A DNA stretch of 64,000 nucleotides from Obrimoposthia wandeli (taxonomy: Eukaryota), in the NCBI GenBank assembly GCA_977020255.1, contig CDROCS010001029.1, forward strand, positions 1 through 64,000, in the 5' to 3' direction. Shown here piece by piece: positions 21,601 to 36,600 of this stretch (position 1 is the first letter of the stretch; each line of letters opens with the position of its first letter). Under the pieces are notes generated by a model. That model was not told the DNA's origin, made no database searches, and saw only the letters and a program-made list of their open reading frames with translations. A program made the translations under genes and the position numbers.

Positions 21601-24600
21601 TTCAAAAAAGGTTTACATATAATATTTTTTCTAATAAATTAAGATTTTTTATTCCTATTTATTTTAAATTCAGTCATGAAATATACTACTTATGAACGTT
21701 AGTAATTCATAAAATTTAATGATTATTTTTGCAGATCATGTGTGGATGGTTTATACCGCATTATAAATTATAAGAAAGGATGCGCCTTCAATTGTACAGT
21801 TTCTACCACTTGTTTGGATGTGCCAATTCCCGAGAAATTTCTCAAGGTTAGTTGATAAATTTTTAAGATTGAAAATAAAATACTTTATTGTCGTGTGACT
21901 CATACTTATCCTTAGGACAATCAAAATGCATAAGCTTCAATTATTTTGTGCACATTGTAGCCATATTTGTCATGTGCAGCAATGCTACATCATTGATGAC
22001 AACCTTGGGGAGACCTACTATGGCACAGAGGGAGAGGGTGCGATCGACTACGACATGGTGCTGGTCGTGACTTATGACGCCTGTCAATCTGGGGCAATTG
22101 CCTATGCAGCCTCATGCTTTCACGACTCGTATGACAGGTCCATCCTTAATTTATCTGTTCCCAAAACGAGCCAAGCAATAAAATAATGGACATATATTGG
22201 TCTTACTTTATAACTGTCTCCAGATAACAATAATATATTATAAATGATGCTTATACATAATAAATCTGTGATTTATTACTCAAAACTTCTTCTAGTTTTC
22301 AAAGTTAAAGATTATCCTTCTTTCCATAAAGAATTTTACCAACATTTTAACAGTGTCTATTACCCATTGGCAAATGGTTACAAAGATTCAAGGCATACGT
22401 TTCAAAAATTTCATAACTCTGTTTGTTACTTAAGTTTTAAAAATACCAATCTGCAGTTATCATCGATGCTTTTAAGATATATATGCATGTTCACTGCACC
22501 AGACTCGAGAAGACTTTTGTGACAATACATTTTTTATCATAAGTAGGATCTCGAATTCAATTCTAGCATTGATCAATGGAGTTTCATTAACTGTTCAATT
22601 GTAAAAGCACATTTCTTAAATTTTTATGTATTTCTGGTGACGTTGTTAAACTGTTTTATTAGTGATTTTATTGATAATTTGAAATATTAAACAAAAAATA
22701 ATTTTGAAAATCAATTTTGGTTGATTATTGGCACTAAAAAGAGACTCATTCTAATGATATATAAGTTTCATACTACGAGACATAATTAATTTATAATTTA
22801 CAATTTTATCGAATACTATAAGGTTAATATTTTAATTATATAAATTATAATAAACTTAGACATGAAGACATTTAAATATTTTCATATTTTAGATTTTTGT
22901 GGCAATGAGAATAGAAAATTTTCTGTCTATAGAATATTAAATCGATAACAGATGAAGCGAAATGCGGGAAATGGAGGTTTTAACCATGAAGCTGATGATA
23001 AAATGCAAAGAAAACTCAAAACTTATGTGAATATTGAAACTGAAATTTCTCAAAGAAATCTATCATCAAAGTTTAGTGTTAAATTTCTCGTACAATTACA
23101 AAGGTTGGAATACCATAATGGGAACGCAAGAAGTTTGACCTGAAAATATTCTCTTTGTGAAAGGCATTTAAAGTACATTCTCTCGATTCTTGTAGTCTAA
23201 CTTCGCCTGCTTCTCAGTCATTTATTGAATTCACATTTATCCTAGTATATGCATTCTTATTGTTTAGCTTCTGGCGCTTCAAAAAATTATTCTGAGACTC
23301 TTTTTGACTACTGTTCTTCGTGCAATCTTGAAACTGATTAATTTCCCACGGATGAAATTGGAGAAATTATTATCTATATTTTCCAATGATTTGGTTTCTC
23401 TAATATGCTGCAAAGTCATAAATCATCTGAACATTTGAGCTGTAATAGAGCTTTTCCAGTCTCATCACTGATCTTCACTTTGGATTCACCTCTTTGACTA
23501 ATGGTAATTTGTCTTTTTACAGTGAAACATAAGAATTATGAAAAACAAATACGACTTCACTTTCCACTGTTTAGCAATAAAGGTTTCAGTGGAAGGTGGG
23601 ACATTTTTCTCACATGGTCAGTTCCATTCATTAAAAGTCCTGTCATATCATGAAATTATATATTTTTCTCGTTAAACCAACCCCCAAAGAAACGGCAGGC
23701 ATATGCAACTTCAGTTGATTCCTTATTGACAAACATAATTATCTTTTATGTCTTATACCTCTTTCTATTTCAGTATGCTTCTAATGCATTTTTTACTTCA
23801 AATGGTTATCATAAATCATATTAGTTACCATGTTTGATTTTCAGTTAAGTACTATACATTTACATAAACCATCCCATTTTCGTGTTTTTCAAAAATCCTA
23901 TACTAATATCACGTTTCAATTTCAATTACATCCAAGAAATCCATTTAATTTAGTAACTACTTCAATGTTTCGATAATTTGTTTATTTTATATTAAAGATA
24001 TCAACATCAGTTTTGAATTATCATCGACAACTTCCAGTTGGTTAGGACTTTTCTTATTAGAAAAGACTTTTTGATATGACTGTTTATGGATAATTCAATA
24101 TAATGTTTCTTTTATAAAGCAAACATCGTTATTATGAAATGTATTTATCTTTTAATAGAGTTATAATTTTACAATATAAGCAAGCTATTTTTAACCATTT
24201 TTAAAATATTTTATTATTAACAGTACATTGTAAATTTACAATTTTCATAAAACTAATTGTCACAACATTTAGACATTCTGATTCTATATACGCCAGACAA
24301 TACCTATACATACACATCAAACTGATTGGTCAAACAACAAAATATACTTTTATGTGCACTATTAAAATTGAACACTATTCAAATAGCTCCGACAAAATAT
24401 TCCTATTGATAAGTAGAGTTTATCTTTTGAAGCCAACTTTAAGTACAGTTAAAGCTCACTTTAACGAATCAATTCGTCCCGAGTGTTTGTTCGTTAAGCA
24501 GGACTTTAGTAAGTGAGGTATTACTGTATATTCCATTTACAATGTATTCAAATGATTTCAGTCCGTATTTTGATTCCTCTTCTGCAACTTTGCAGTAAAC

Positions 24601-27600
24601 TGTTTATCCAGCCTGTTATGAACTCTACACAGTATATTATTACACAATCCAACAGCAGACTCTTCGTATTTTAGATATGGACCAGGAGTTTTTTGGTAAT
24701 GAGGTAATCGGAGGATTCATAATATTCATACAATCATTCGACACGTACCGTACCAAACACCCAAACACAACATATGGGTAAATTATAAAGTATACATTAC
24801 ACTGTCAATTATGGATTTCTAATTTATTTTTGAATTTATTCCATGAGGAGCATTAGATAAAGCATGAAACAGATGGAAGTCAAAACGTCTTGAAATATTA
24901 CTATAAATAAAATATTTTCTAAAATAAAAATACATTGCATTGAACAAAGTTCCTGTTTATGCAGACCCATTCTGGGGGTCGTCAATGTCTGTGAGGGAAT
25001 GATTATCCCTGGACGACTCGTATTGGAAAATATCAAGGTCATCAAACATGAAATCATACATGCATTAGTAAGTAATATATTTATAAATAAATTTCGATCG
25101 ATTTATTTTCAATTCTTTACTCAACTTGAAAATGTCTTTATAACCCTAGAACTATATCTTCGTTTTGAGAATATGCGTATTATTCGAGACTATGCAATAC
25201 CCCAAGTGTCAATAACAACTTTGATGTACCTAAAAGAAAAATGTCTCCTCATTAAACAGCCAGCCTAATTTTTACATGAAATCTGCATCTGGTACCTCTT
25301 TGAAAGTCAAAAAAAGTCTATTTTAATTTCAAAGAAGACATTCCTTACCATAAATTACCACTATGTACTGACGAAATAATGACAGTAGATTTTCAACAAC
25401 AAAAAATACACGAAGACATGCATAAGGATTTATCGAATTGGCGCTTATCTAAAATACTTTATTTTGTATTTTTTTAATATTACAATGAAATGTGTGTAAA
25501 CTATTTATAAAAACCATCAATAACACGGCTTTATATGGCTTAACTTACACTTTATGGTTAAAAATACAATTGCGTAAAAATGATCTTATTATAATCCCAA
25601 AAAAATAGATAACATTACACTTGGTTCTCAAACAGCAGCTTTAATTATTGTTTTAGCGCATATACAGTATAGATAACATATTAAAACAGCGAATTTACAG
25701 TATAGATAACCTATTAAAACAGCGAATTTACAGTATAGATAACCTATTAAAACAGCGAATATACAGTATAGATAACCTATTAAAACAGCGAATTTACAGT
25801 ATAGATAACCTATTAAAACAGCGAATTTACAGTATAGATCAGGGGTGGCCAACAAGTCGATCGCGAGACCAATTTTGGTCGATCACTCGCAAGTTCGGGG
25901 TTTGCGAAAAGTATCTCATAAAAACTTTTAACTTAAAAAGTATAAATACTTTTTATTCAAATGTTTTCTGTGATTAGCTCATAGAAAGGATATAATTTTT
26001 ATATTATCATTATTTTTATTAGTTTGTTTTGACATTTGAAATGGTTTTATTAAGTTCTTTTTCTTTGCACTTTTGCAATTCTGTTTTCTATTTAAAGCTT
26101 TTGTCGGTAGATAACTTTTTTGCTGCTGCTACTTTTTGCTACCTATATAAAATTTATTTGAATTGGGATATTACAAAATCAGCATAATACTTCGGCTTAT
26201 GATAAAAACTTATACAATACATATAAAAACGTATATAAATGATGTTTATTTAATAAATCTGAAATACAGTGCGTTTAAAATTGACTTGTATTTACACTTC
26301 TGAGAAATTTATGACTATTAAAATAAATAATTTTCATATTTACAATTAACTAAAACTAAACTTCGTTCCGTCCTGACCGATTCTCATACTGAGGACTCAT
26401 TGTTATTGTCTTTGTCAGGATATACTCCAAATTATGATGCACTAGTAAAGGAAATGCAGACTCAGGTTTCTCATTAATTTAAAAAGTTTGAATGAATAAA
26501 TGTTATTAATAAGTGCTCATGTTGTTTTAATTCCTCTGGACATAAGTTTTTTAACCCATTAAATAAATACTCATGTATGTAGATTATTTACCCCTTAATC
26601 ATGGAGCTCGCCAAAGTGCACGTCGGTATAAAAGCACATTGCAAAAACATCCCCTTCTTACCTAAAAAATAGGTCGATCGCGACACAATTTATAAATAAA
26701 AAGTAGATCTTATGTGCACCAAAGTTGGCCACACCTGGTATAGATAACCTATTAAACAGCAGATATATAGTATAGACTCGTCGAGGCTGGGTATCTCCGT
26801 GTGCAAAAAACGATACATATTTCTATTAATGTACAGAAATACTCACAAATAAAATATTTCAAATGTATATTTGTTTTTTCATATAAAGTATGATTCATAT
26901 CAAAATGAAAATAAATTTTATTCCAATTAATTGTTTGTGTAATTAGTATATTATTTAAAAAGAAGTTAACACATTATATACACAAGGGAATGCTTCCAAA
27001 TTGAACACTCGGAATTGAATGTAATTTTGTATATATTATTGGTAAAATATTATACAAGTTTCGAGTACTATAAAACTTTGGTGCAAACACAGGTAAAAAA
27101 ATAATAAATAAGTTATTAGTGTCTCCAACATCGTGGGAGTGTTGGGGTTTCTATATGAAACTTTTCTAATATAGATCCTCAGACAGAGGGCCCCAACGTG
27201 AGTTCTATAGAAGCAGGACTTGTAGATGTTTGTGGCCTACTTGTGTTATGCTTGCCTATCTCAATATATATCTGAAGGTTTGTTATCTCTAATTTGAGGG
27301 TCTATAACAACGCTGTCTAGTTGCAGGAAATCTTTATTTCTAAAACACACGAATTTACGTCTTAACACATTCTAAAAAACAGCAATACTAATCCTAGTTA
27401 CTTTACACAAAATCCTTACACAAGTGGGGATGAACCACGTATCGATTTTAATTTTAGGGTTGATTGTTTACTTGAGTCTTTACTCTAAAAATAACGGCTG
27501 ATTTTAGAGAGCTGGTTGCTCTAAAAATATGAATTGATTTTGGATAGGTCTAACAATTGTACTGTGTCCGGCTCAGTGGGACTTGTTCAAATGGGGAAAA

Positions 27601-30600
27601 ATCAACTTCCTATTTTCCCAAAAACTCTAAATTGAATATGATACAATATAATTTTATCAAAATAATGCTTTACAATACACTTTAACTCTCTCCACAATGT
27701 TTAGAAAACAAGTAATTCAAAATTATAACGGTTTACAATATACTTTATCTATCTTCACAATGTTTAGGACAACAAGTAATTCAAAATTATAACGTTCTAC
27801 AATACACTTTAACTTTCTTCACAATGTTTAGGACAACAAGTAATTCAAAATTATAACGGTTTACAATATACTTTATCTTTCTTCACAATGTTTAGGACAA
27901 CAAGTAATTCAAAATTATAACGGTTTACAATATACTTTATCTTTCTTCACAATGTTTAGGACAACAAGTAATTCAAAATTATAACGGTTTACAATATACT
28001 TAATCTATCTTCACAATGTTTAAGACAACAAGTAATTCAAAATTATAACGTTCTACAATACCACTTGCTCACCACTTATCCGTTCTGGAGAGCTGACTGT
28101 TGTCCGGTCGCGTTTCCAAATGTCCTCATATTCCGCCTCGTCCTAGTCAATCGAGGGAAATCTGTTTCTTTCCGTGATTTGGATTTTGCTGTCTTCACTT
28201 TTTGTTCTCTTTCGATTCAATGTGATACTCAGTCTTTTATACTGAATTTCTGAAATTCAATTAGTTTCAGCACTTAACTTATTGTTCACTTACTTCCAAC
28301 AAGTTGCAGAATCGAGGAGGTCTGGCGGCTGGCTTGGTAAGTGTTTTTCTTTTTTGTATTGTTTAACTTTAGCTCCTGGAACGATTTTAAGTAGAGCACT
28401 TAATAAAAAGCACTTTCTTACAGACGGCTGTCTCTGCTCCCGGCGCGGCTCTTTTCAGAAATGGATTGCTGCTGTATTTCGTCTGTCTCTGCAGCTGACT
28501 CGATTCTCACAATGAATCGATCTGATATTTTCCTTAATTGACTCGCTTAATTCAATTTTCCTTGGGCTTTTTCTAACCGTCTAACTCTGTTTTTTGGGGC
28601 TCTTTTCAATCTAAACTCTCCTTTAAATACTGCACACTAAACATGACCTTCGTGGTCCTAAATATTTAATTTTCCATTTTACTTTAATGATTTTAATTTT
28701 ATAATTAATTTTATCCTAAATATAACCTTGCTTTCAAGGATTTTTATTTTAGTATAAAATCAATTAATTATTTTAAATTAATCAAAACCCAATCCTAACA
28801 GGAGTGTGAGGCCGCATTCAGTCAAATGACAGTATTAAAGAATGAATACAGAAACAGACTGGATCTTGAAAAGTACTTAAGAATTGCTGTCAGTTCATGT
28901 GAAGCAAGAATTGAACACATTATTAGTAAACAAGAAAAGCAGCATCATTCTTTACATTAATACATTTTTTGTTTATTATGTTTAACTCAAGTAAAAATGA
29001 ATATTTATTTTAAAAAACGTCATCTTTTAAAGGGGATAAAATCCAAACATATGTCCAAACATATAAAATAGTTTGGGGACCACTGATCAAGTTATTAATA
29101 AAATTAGCAAAATGAATTTTTAAATAAAAAAAATTTAAAGTATATCATGTGAGATTTTTCATGTTTATTTTGAAATTGTTATTTATTTGATTATATTTGG
29201 TAATTATTGTAAAATTTCTTTATATATTTTTTTAGTTTTTCTCAAAATTCTAAAATTTTCATAACCCTCAAATTAATTTTTATATTCATATATATATTTA
29301 TAAATATTCCTTATATATTCCTTAATTCAGAATAATTTGAGCGCGTATGAAGAAACAAAAATTCAATTGTGAACGTCCAAACTAAAAGCCTTCCTTAGTC
29401 AGTAGAATATTTCAAACTTCTTAGTACATTTTCTACAATTGGAAGTAGTTAAGCTAAGTTGAAACAGATTACAGTTGAACTATTCTTCGGAAGGTTTTTA
29501 TCAAGTTAAGATTTTAAAATTAAGTTTTTAACATGGAAAATTTTTTGAGACAAACAATAATAATTTCTTCTTATTTTTTCAGTAATATTTTATTCTTTAG
29601 GGTTTTGCAGTGGACCAATTTGCATTCTTTCGAACACCTGATGGAAATCCTTATGTACCCCGTAATGATGCTGGATTACCAAATTTAGGCCTTGGAGAGG
29701 GGAACAGGTGAGTTCGGAACGCTTTTGTGAGATTGTGTGAGTCCGAAATTGTTCTAATCTCATTCATGAATTTAATTTTGATGCTGTGATTGAATTTAAA
29801 ATATATTGTACACCATTTCATTGTCGGAAAAATATTACACTTTTATTCACATAAATTTATTTCCATATTTGTAAAAGAAATCATTTTGTAATTATTTTAC
29901 AAATATATAATAATAAATTACATAGTCCATTCAAAATATAATCTTCAGAATTATTTCTAAATTTGAAAACACCCAAATATGCATATTTTTTAGTATTTTA
30001 ATTTATTCATTATTAAAATTAGATAATATCATTAAATATGCTCCAACTAAATGATGAACAAAGGAAGATTGGTATCCAATTACTTGAAGGCGGAATTTAG
30101 AAAAAGTAGATAACAAATTTGTGTTTCCCCATCTATCATTACTCGATAATCACAAACATCAGCAAAATTTGGAACAAGTCATCGCATCAGAAGCTAAACA
30201 GAGCCGACACATCAAAAATTCAGAAATCACGTATTCAATTAAACACATAAAATTCTCCAACACTGTAACGTTGTAAATTGAGTTAAATTAGCAAGTTTTG
30301 TAAATAAGAGAACACATAGACAAATGTGAGGGGAACGATGCATTTAAATTAAAGTGCTTCCCTTTGATCGCTATGCAGTGCAATAATCGAAATGAACCTA
30401 AACTTTGGAACAAGTTAAAAACTATACCAAGTATTTGGGTCGTCCTGTCACTCATGTCCATCTTTTGTATTCCAATTAAAAATTGACACAACTTGGTTTA
30501 CGTCATTGAATCTGTTCGACATACTGACAAGCTCTCTCTATTATCCTGACTTCTTACGTGAATGTTTACCGAAAAACCTATTATAATCAATTATAAATGT

Positions 30601-33600
30601 TCGTATTTCATTAACAGTAGTTCTGGCGTTATATATTTCGATAAAGAAACTTCTATGATAATATAAAAAGAATTAATATGAAAGAGTATATGTAATGAAG
30701 CTAAATAATAATGCCATATTTCAAATAGTTGGTCCCAGTGGAAGTGGAGAACACATTTCGTATGTAAATTTTTACAAAATAAAACTCTTTCCAAATGCAG
30801 TTTCAAACATATCTCTTGGCATCATGGTGGAGGGAACAGTACATAAGTTTGCAAGGTGAAGTGAATAATTTGTTTGAATGATTTGATGCAAATAAGTGAT
30901 GATTTGTATCAAGAAGCAAACAAGTACTCAGACTTTATTAGTTTAATGACGAAAGTTACAAGACATCATGAAGTAACAGTTATATTTATCATTCAAAATC
31001 TTTTCCATCAAGGAGGTCATAATATAACCAGAAATTATAATGTACATTACTTAGTATTATTTAAGAATCCGAGAGATCAAACAGTTGTAGATTTTTTGGT
31101 CAGACAAGCCTTCCCCCAAAATATAAACTTTCTAGTTGATTCATTCATTATGCTGCTTAACAAGCATATGGATATTGAATTATTGATTTTATGCGAGTGT
31201 TTTCAGACTATGTACGTGTTTTAACGGATATATTTAATTCTAAGCGAGTAACTGTTTATAAACAAACAGAAAAAATTCAATAAAAAAACAATTGAAATGT
31301 TTTTCAAGAAATTGTAAACGTAAATGCAAAGTAAAATCAAAGACTAATAGATTGAGTGAAAAAAACAGCAAGAGAAGAAAAATTGGTCGGGTAAAAATTG
31401 GTTAACAAAAAACCGTATTAAAGAAATATAGAAAAACTCTTCTAGAGATTGCTAATGTTAAAAATAAAAAAATTAAAATATTTCTTAAACATAATGAATG
31501 ATTCATAGGGACTGTAATACCAGTTGTTGCTTCATGTATTGGCAGTATTATAGCCGAAATATGAACATCATTAAAAATACAACATCCTATATATTTAAAT
31601 TGCTGTAAAGGAGAAGATGTGGTTCAATCCAAAAGATTCAATTGACTACACGGGAGTTTCAAAATTGGTAAAAAACAAAACCGAATTGCAACACAACACT
31701 GAAATGGCAAAGCGATCAGTTGGCTTACCGTCTTAATAAGCCGATGAAAAGAAGGTTTCCAACTAGAGCATATAAAACCAGCGGTCCTAATAATTTATTG
31801 CAAAAAGATTGGATGGAGATGATTTAATATTATTCCATTAATTATAGATACATATATTTTAACCTGTATTGATGTATTTAGCAAGTTTGCTCGTGCAGTT
31901 CCAGTTAATGCAAAACATTCAAATAAATATTAAAAGAGGACAATCCGCAAAATGTGAAAACCGATTTAGGAAAATAAATTTAGTGAAAGTTAATATAATA
32001 CAATGAACAAGAAAGAGCAAAAAAATTGAAGTTGATATTAAACCATATTTTTCATAAAGCGTAAATGTTGAATTTATTAATTCCTGCTTTTAGACATAAT
32101 ATTAATTAATCCCAAACTTAAAGAAGTGATAATTAGATAATTTATTTTTCATCCATAATAGATAATACAATTTCTTTAACACTTTGTTAACTCCATAAAA
32201 AACTTTAAATCATCCCAGATTTTGGGACCTAAAAAGAAGGAGCTCCCACATAGTTTTCTCTTCCTCAATTTAGGTAAGTGTATTCATTTACATGTAAGTT
32301 GATCACATTGGAGCTAGGCGTACAAAGAGAGCGTGTAATGCAAGATTGTATTAACTTTGAAAACTGTTGAAATATATGTAACAAATAATCCACCCCTTTT
32401 TCCCGACCCGTTCGTACGCCATATGAGAAAATGTAACATGATTATTTGGTGGAGTCTTGTTACACAGAAAATCATAACATCGAAAGTTAGATTTCACCTT
32501 TTCCAAATACTGAAAAATTAAAATTCACTAAAATACGGTTTATATCTTGATAAAACAAATGAAATCATTTTATTGTCATCCATTATAATGATGATTATTT
32601 CCATCAACTCGTTTTCAATTATAGTGTGTCAGAAAAAGATCTTCCTATCTTCATATTTATATTAAACATATCAAAATATACATTTAATAACTTGACATTT
32701 AGGTATACCATAAATTGAATAAAGTTTGATTTTTATTTAAGTCTATTAATTATTGAAAGTAATATATTTGAGAGGTAAAATTGTTGCCAAAAATGTCGCT
32801 ATTAATATTATTTATAAATTTCTTTATATTCATATTGATTATATTATGGCATATAATATAATATGGACATTTTGTTCAAAAAATAAACATTTATAGGAAG
32901 AAGAATTTTTAAATAGAAATGTTTTTATCAAATAGAAATGTTGGAAATTTTTAAAATAAAGACACTAAATCCCAAATATGATATGAATTTTTAGGCAGGG
33001 GTTCCCAAACCTTTTTTGGCTGCAGAACCTTTTGGTAATATTAAAAAACTATTGGAACGCCTCCCTATTTAAAAATACTTAAAACCATCAAGTAAAGAAT
33101 AAAAATTTATTTATATTGAAAAAATTATTAAAAATTTAAAGTTAAAGTAATGAAGTATTTATAAAGTAGTTATAGTGGGCCTATCTCGGTAGGCGAGTAC
33201 CGTTAATGACAATTTCTGGATATTTATTTTTTATTAAATTTCGGCTTGCGGAACCCACTTTGGGAACCCCTGCATCAGGTAATACACCCGAGAAATGACA
33301 AATTTGAGACACCTTATTTCCATTTGACATTACCAGTAAAAAGAACACAAAAATGTTTGTAAAAAATCATATAATTTTAAAAAGATAATATGATAATTAA
33401 AATGTAAAATGATTTGAGAAAACATGTATCGATTTTCAAAGTAATTCAATAAATACACTTGATTTCTGTAACAGAAACGTATTATGCAACAAAATGAAAC
33501 TGTTTTACTAAATAAAGATAATTTATAAATCACAATCCACAAAATAGTTTTTGAATTTTCTGTGTAAAATTCCCGTTAAAATTTGTCCATTTCAATGATT

Positions 33601-36600
33601 TCCTAATAATCAACTCATTATAACTGTAAGTAAGATAAATAAACCGAGATTTATTTGAACAAACTGAATTATAAATAATTGTACTGATTATAGATTTCCG
33701 ACAAGTACAACATTATGTAGTGAGTATTATGTTGGGTAAATGTGATATTTCAATCATGTCAAAGGTACTACAATTGGAATGAATTCATTGCAAAAACCGT
33801 AACGCGACAGCGACAATCAATAAACGGACAAATAAGCAAAAACTTTACAGGATTTGTTTTACCGAAGGTTTTGGTAAGTTTATCGATAAATATTTACAAT
33901 GATTTTGAATATAATGTAACATAAGATCGCATTTAAGTAATGAATTAAAACAATATAACATTGTTGTTGGCCGCATGTTGGTTTTATGGAACAACATTTT
34001 ACTTGATAATAGTAGAAAATAATCCAGATTGTAAAAGTATACTAATTTATGTACTGGTTGTAGGGTTAGGGAGAAAATTGAACCACGAGTCCTATTTTTG
34101 ACAAGTCGCTCATTCTAATATTGAAACATCGTAAATCGTAATATCTCTCAATAATCGAATACGAATTTTGAATGAATATTATATATTTAAAATTGTCAGT
34201 AGTTGCATTTTGTTAAACTTATATCGAAATATATTCGCCTTCAATTAAGGTTTATCTCAAATTATCAGCTTTTTGTTAAAATGGCTAAATATTATATTAT
34301 AGTGGACCTTGCCTTAAAATCTATCGTATGATCGGGTTATTTAGCATTTTTTAACAAAATTTTCCGAACAATCAAGCAACTGTTTATAATGTATTTGTCA
34401 TCAATACAAAAATAAGAATTGATAAGAATACAAACATTTCAGTGTCATCATATTACAAGAAGAGTCAGTGTTGTTTACTTCAATGGTCCCTTTCGTCGTA
34501 TGTCAGCGTTGATAGTGTCTAAAGGCTGCATGACACCAAATCCGAGATTTTCAAGATTGCTTTCTAACCGAACAAAGCAAAGTCCATTACATTTTTTGAG
34601 GCCCAAGGACTTCTTCATCATCATCCACTGAAACACTTTATTTAACAGATTCCGTTTCCTCTTTCTCAAATTGCATACTGTCATGAATGAGATCGCACTG
34701 TCGTCTTCCCTCTCCAGAGCAACAGTGGCACCATGATACCCTGACAAATAATTCTTCAGTCAGACAATTTCATTAGGTCCTTTTGCAAAGCCGGCTTTGG
34801 TCCAGTAGTCTTTGATAGGGAACTTTGTGTCCCGAAGACCATTTGGCTACACGAATCGTCCCCTGACATCGATGATCTTCAGGCGCATCTGGTGTCTGAA
34901 ATAAACTTTACAGGTCTTGTTGATGCTCATATCCCATATCATGTTGGAGAGAAGAAATTGTACAGTGACATTCTTCAGAACATCGACGGCTGGATTTATT
35001 AAGCAAGTGTTTTACAAGTAAAAATTCCATCGCCGGCCAACATGAATGCATCAAGAGTGGGGATTTATTATCGATGGATTTATACTGTTTTTGTAAAATA
35101 ATTTTGATTCAAAATAAATTTCAAAATTTATTTTCTAAAAGCTGAATTGACAACATTGTGCCGAATAACCTGCTTGCAGGAAACAGCTAAAAGCTATTTT
35201 AAATGCTCTTCTCTGAGTTCAGTGGATCTTGAAGACTTTGGGGGCTCCGGAAGTGCTTTGAGTCATTTTGATGAATTGGTTTATAATGTGAGTAATTTTC
35301 TTCACCTTTGTGATTTAAGAGCAAATTTTACACGGTCATTGATTTACTTGCAATATAAGTTACCTCTGGATATTTACTGTGAATATAAAATTAATATTAA
35401 GAATTTGAATAAATGTTAAAATCTGCAAAATTTCCTTGTTTTCTGATTTTGTTTTGTTCATTCTTAGTTCATAGTTGTAATTTATTTTATTTTTACTACT
35501 GCATGACTTTTTTTATCGGGAAAGTCTTAAAAGGTCGAAAATCATAAATTTCCCTTTTTCATAACACCTTTATTTTCGATTATAAATAAAAATAATTCGA
35601 ACTATACTGCATGGTAGTAAAAATATTTTAGATACTTTATTTAAAATTTTAAGGTGTTCTAAAGAAGTAAAATTTAACTGTTGCTATTTGAAAATTTTAA
35701 ATTCAAATTTCGAAGTTATGAAAAGGGAAAATGTAAAGGTTTTCAATGTTATGATTTTGGGTGAACTAAAACTTGAACGTATTTTTTGGCAAGAGCAGCA
35801 CCATTTAATATTTTTTACACATGTATGATTTCGTTTATAATTTTCAACTTTAATAATAAATTTAAACATTTAGTTACTAATATTGACTTTTGTTATTATT
35901 AATCATTTTTCTAAAACTATTTGTTTGAATAATATTTGATTAGTTTACATTTTTGAAAATTAAAATGAAAAAAATTATTAGTATATCAATAAATAATTTG
36001 AAGCAAAAAATTACTAAAATTTCTATATTGTATTTATTTATTATTTGTAAATATCGAAGGTAAAAAATTTATTGAGTACAGAAAAGAAACATGAGGTTAA
36101 AATATACACGGAAATTGGTAACAGTTTAAGTATTCCTCGGTTTACAGTAAACATTTATGTGTTTATAAGTACATATGATTAAAATGCAAACGTAACCAGA
36201 AAAATTTAGTTATGTCATAAAGACGCAAGTTATGTCTATCAAACGGGAGAAGAGGAAACTGTCCCAAAATGAATAAATACGTGATATTAATGTCTCAAAG
36301 TGGACTATTTTTCTCATTAAATATTTGTTAATATATTTTTTGTTATGACTTTAGAGATATAATGAGTATTTACGTAATTATTACATTATTAAGAAAAATT
36401 ATAAAAGTTATAACATGTTTTAACGTTTATTTTTAATGTGGAAAACTTCATTTTTCGGACAAAAGTTATTCCCCAGACGTATTAGGAATAGACAAGTCCC
36501 ACTGTACACACAAATATACTAATATAAATAAATGGGTACACATTGAAAGAGTTACCATGTTTTAATTGCAAACCTTTGACCCCTAATGAAATCGTTGTGT

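Larger units (their letters stand above)
27110..29085 (+). mobile_element. hAT (Buster/Charlie-like) 3' relic interrupted by the solo LTR
   Basis: Removing the LTR and one TSD gives VSPTSWECEAAFSQMTVLKNEYRNRLDLE...; right TIR GTTTGGGGACCACTG ends at 29085. Confidence 0.85.

Noticed and set aside
22950-24800. Second host gene or identifiable transposase on the minus strand
   Set aside because: Stop-riddled coding-like fragments; no motif I could assign with confidence.
25628-25855. 75-aa minus-strand ORF with repeats
   Set aside because: Translation of the 33-bp minisatellite.
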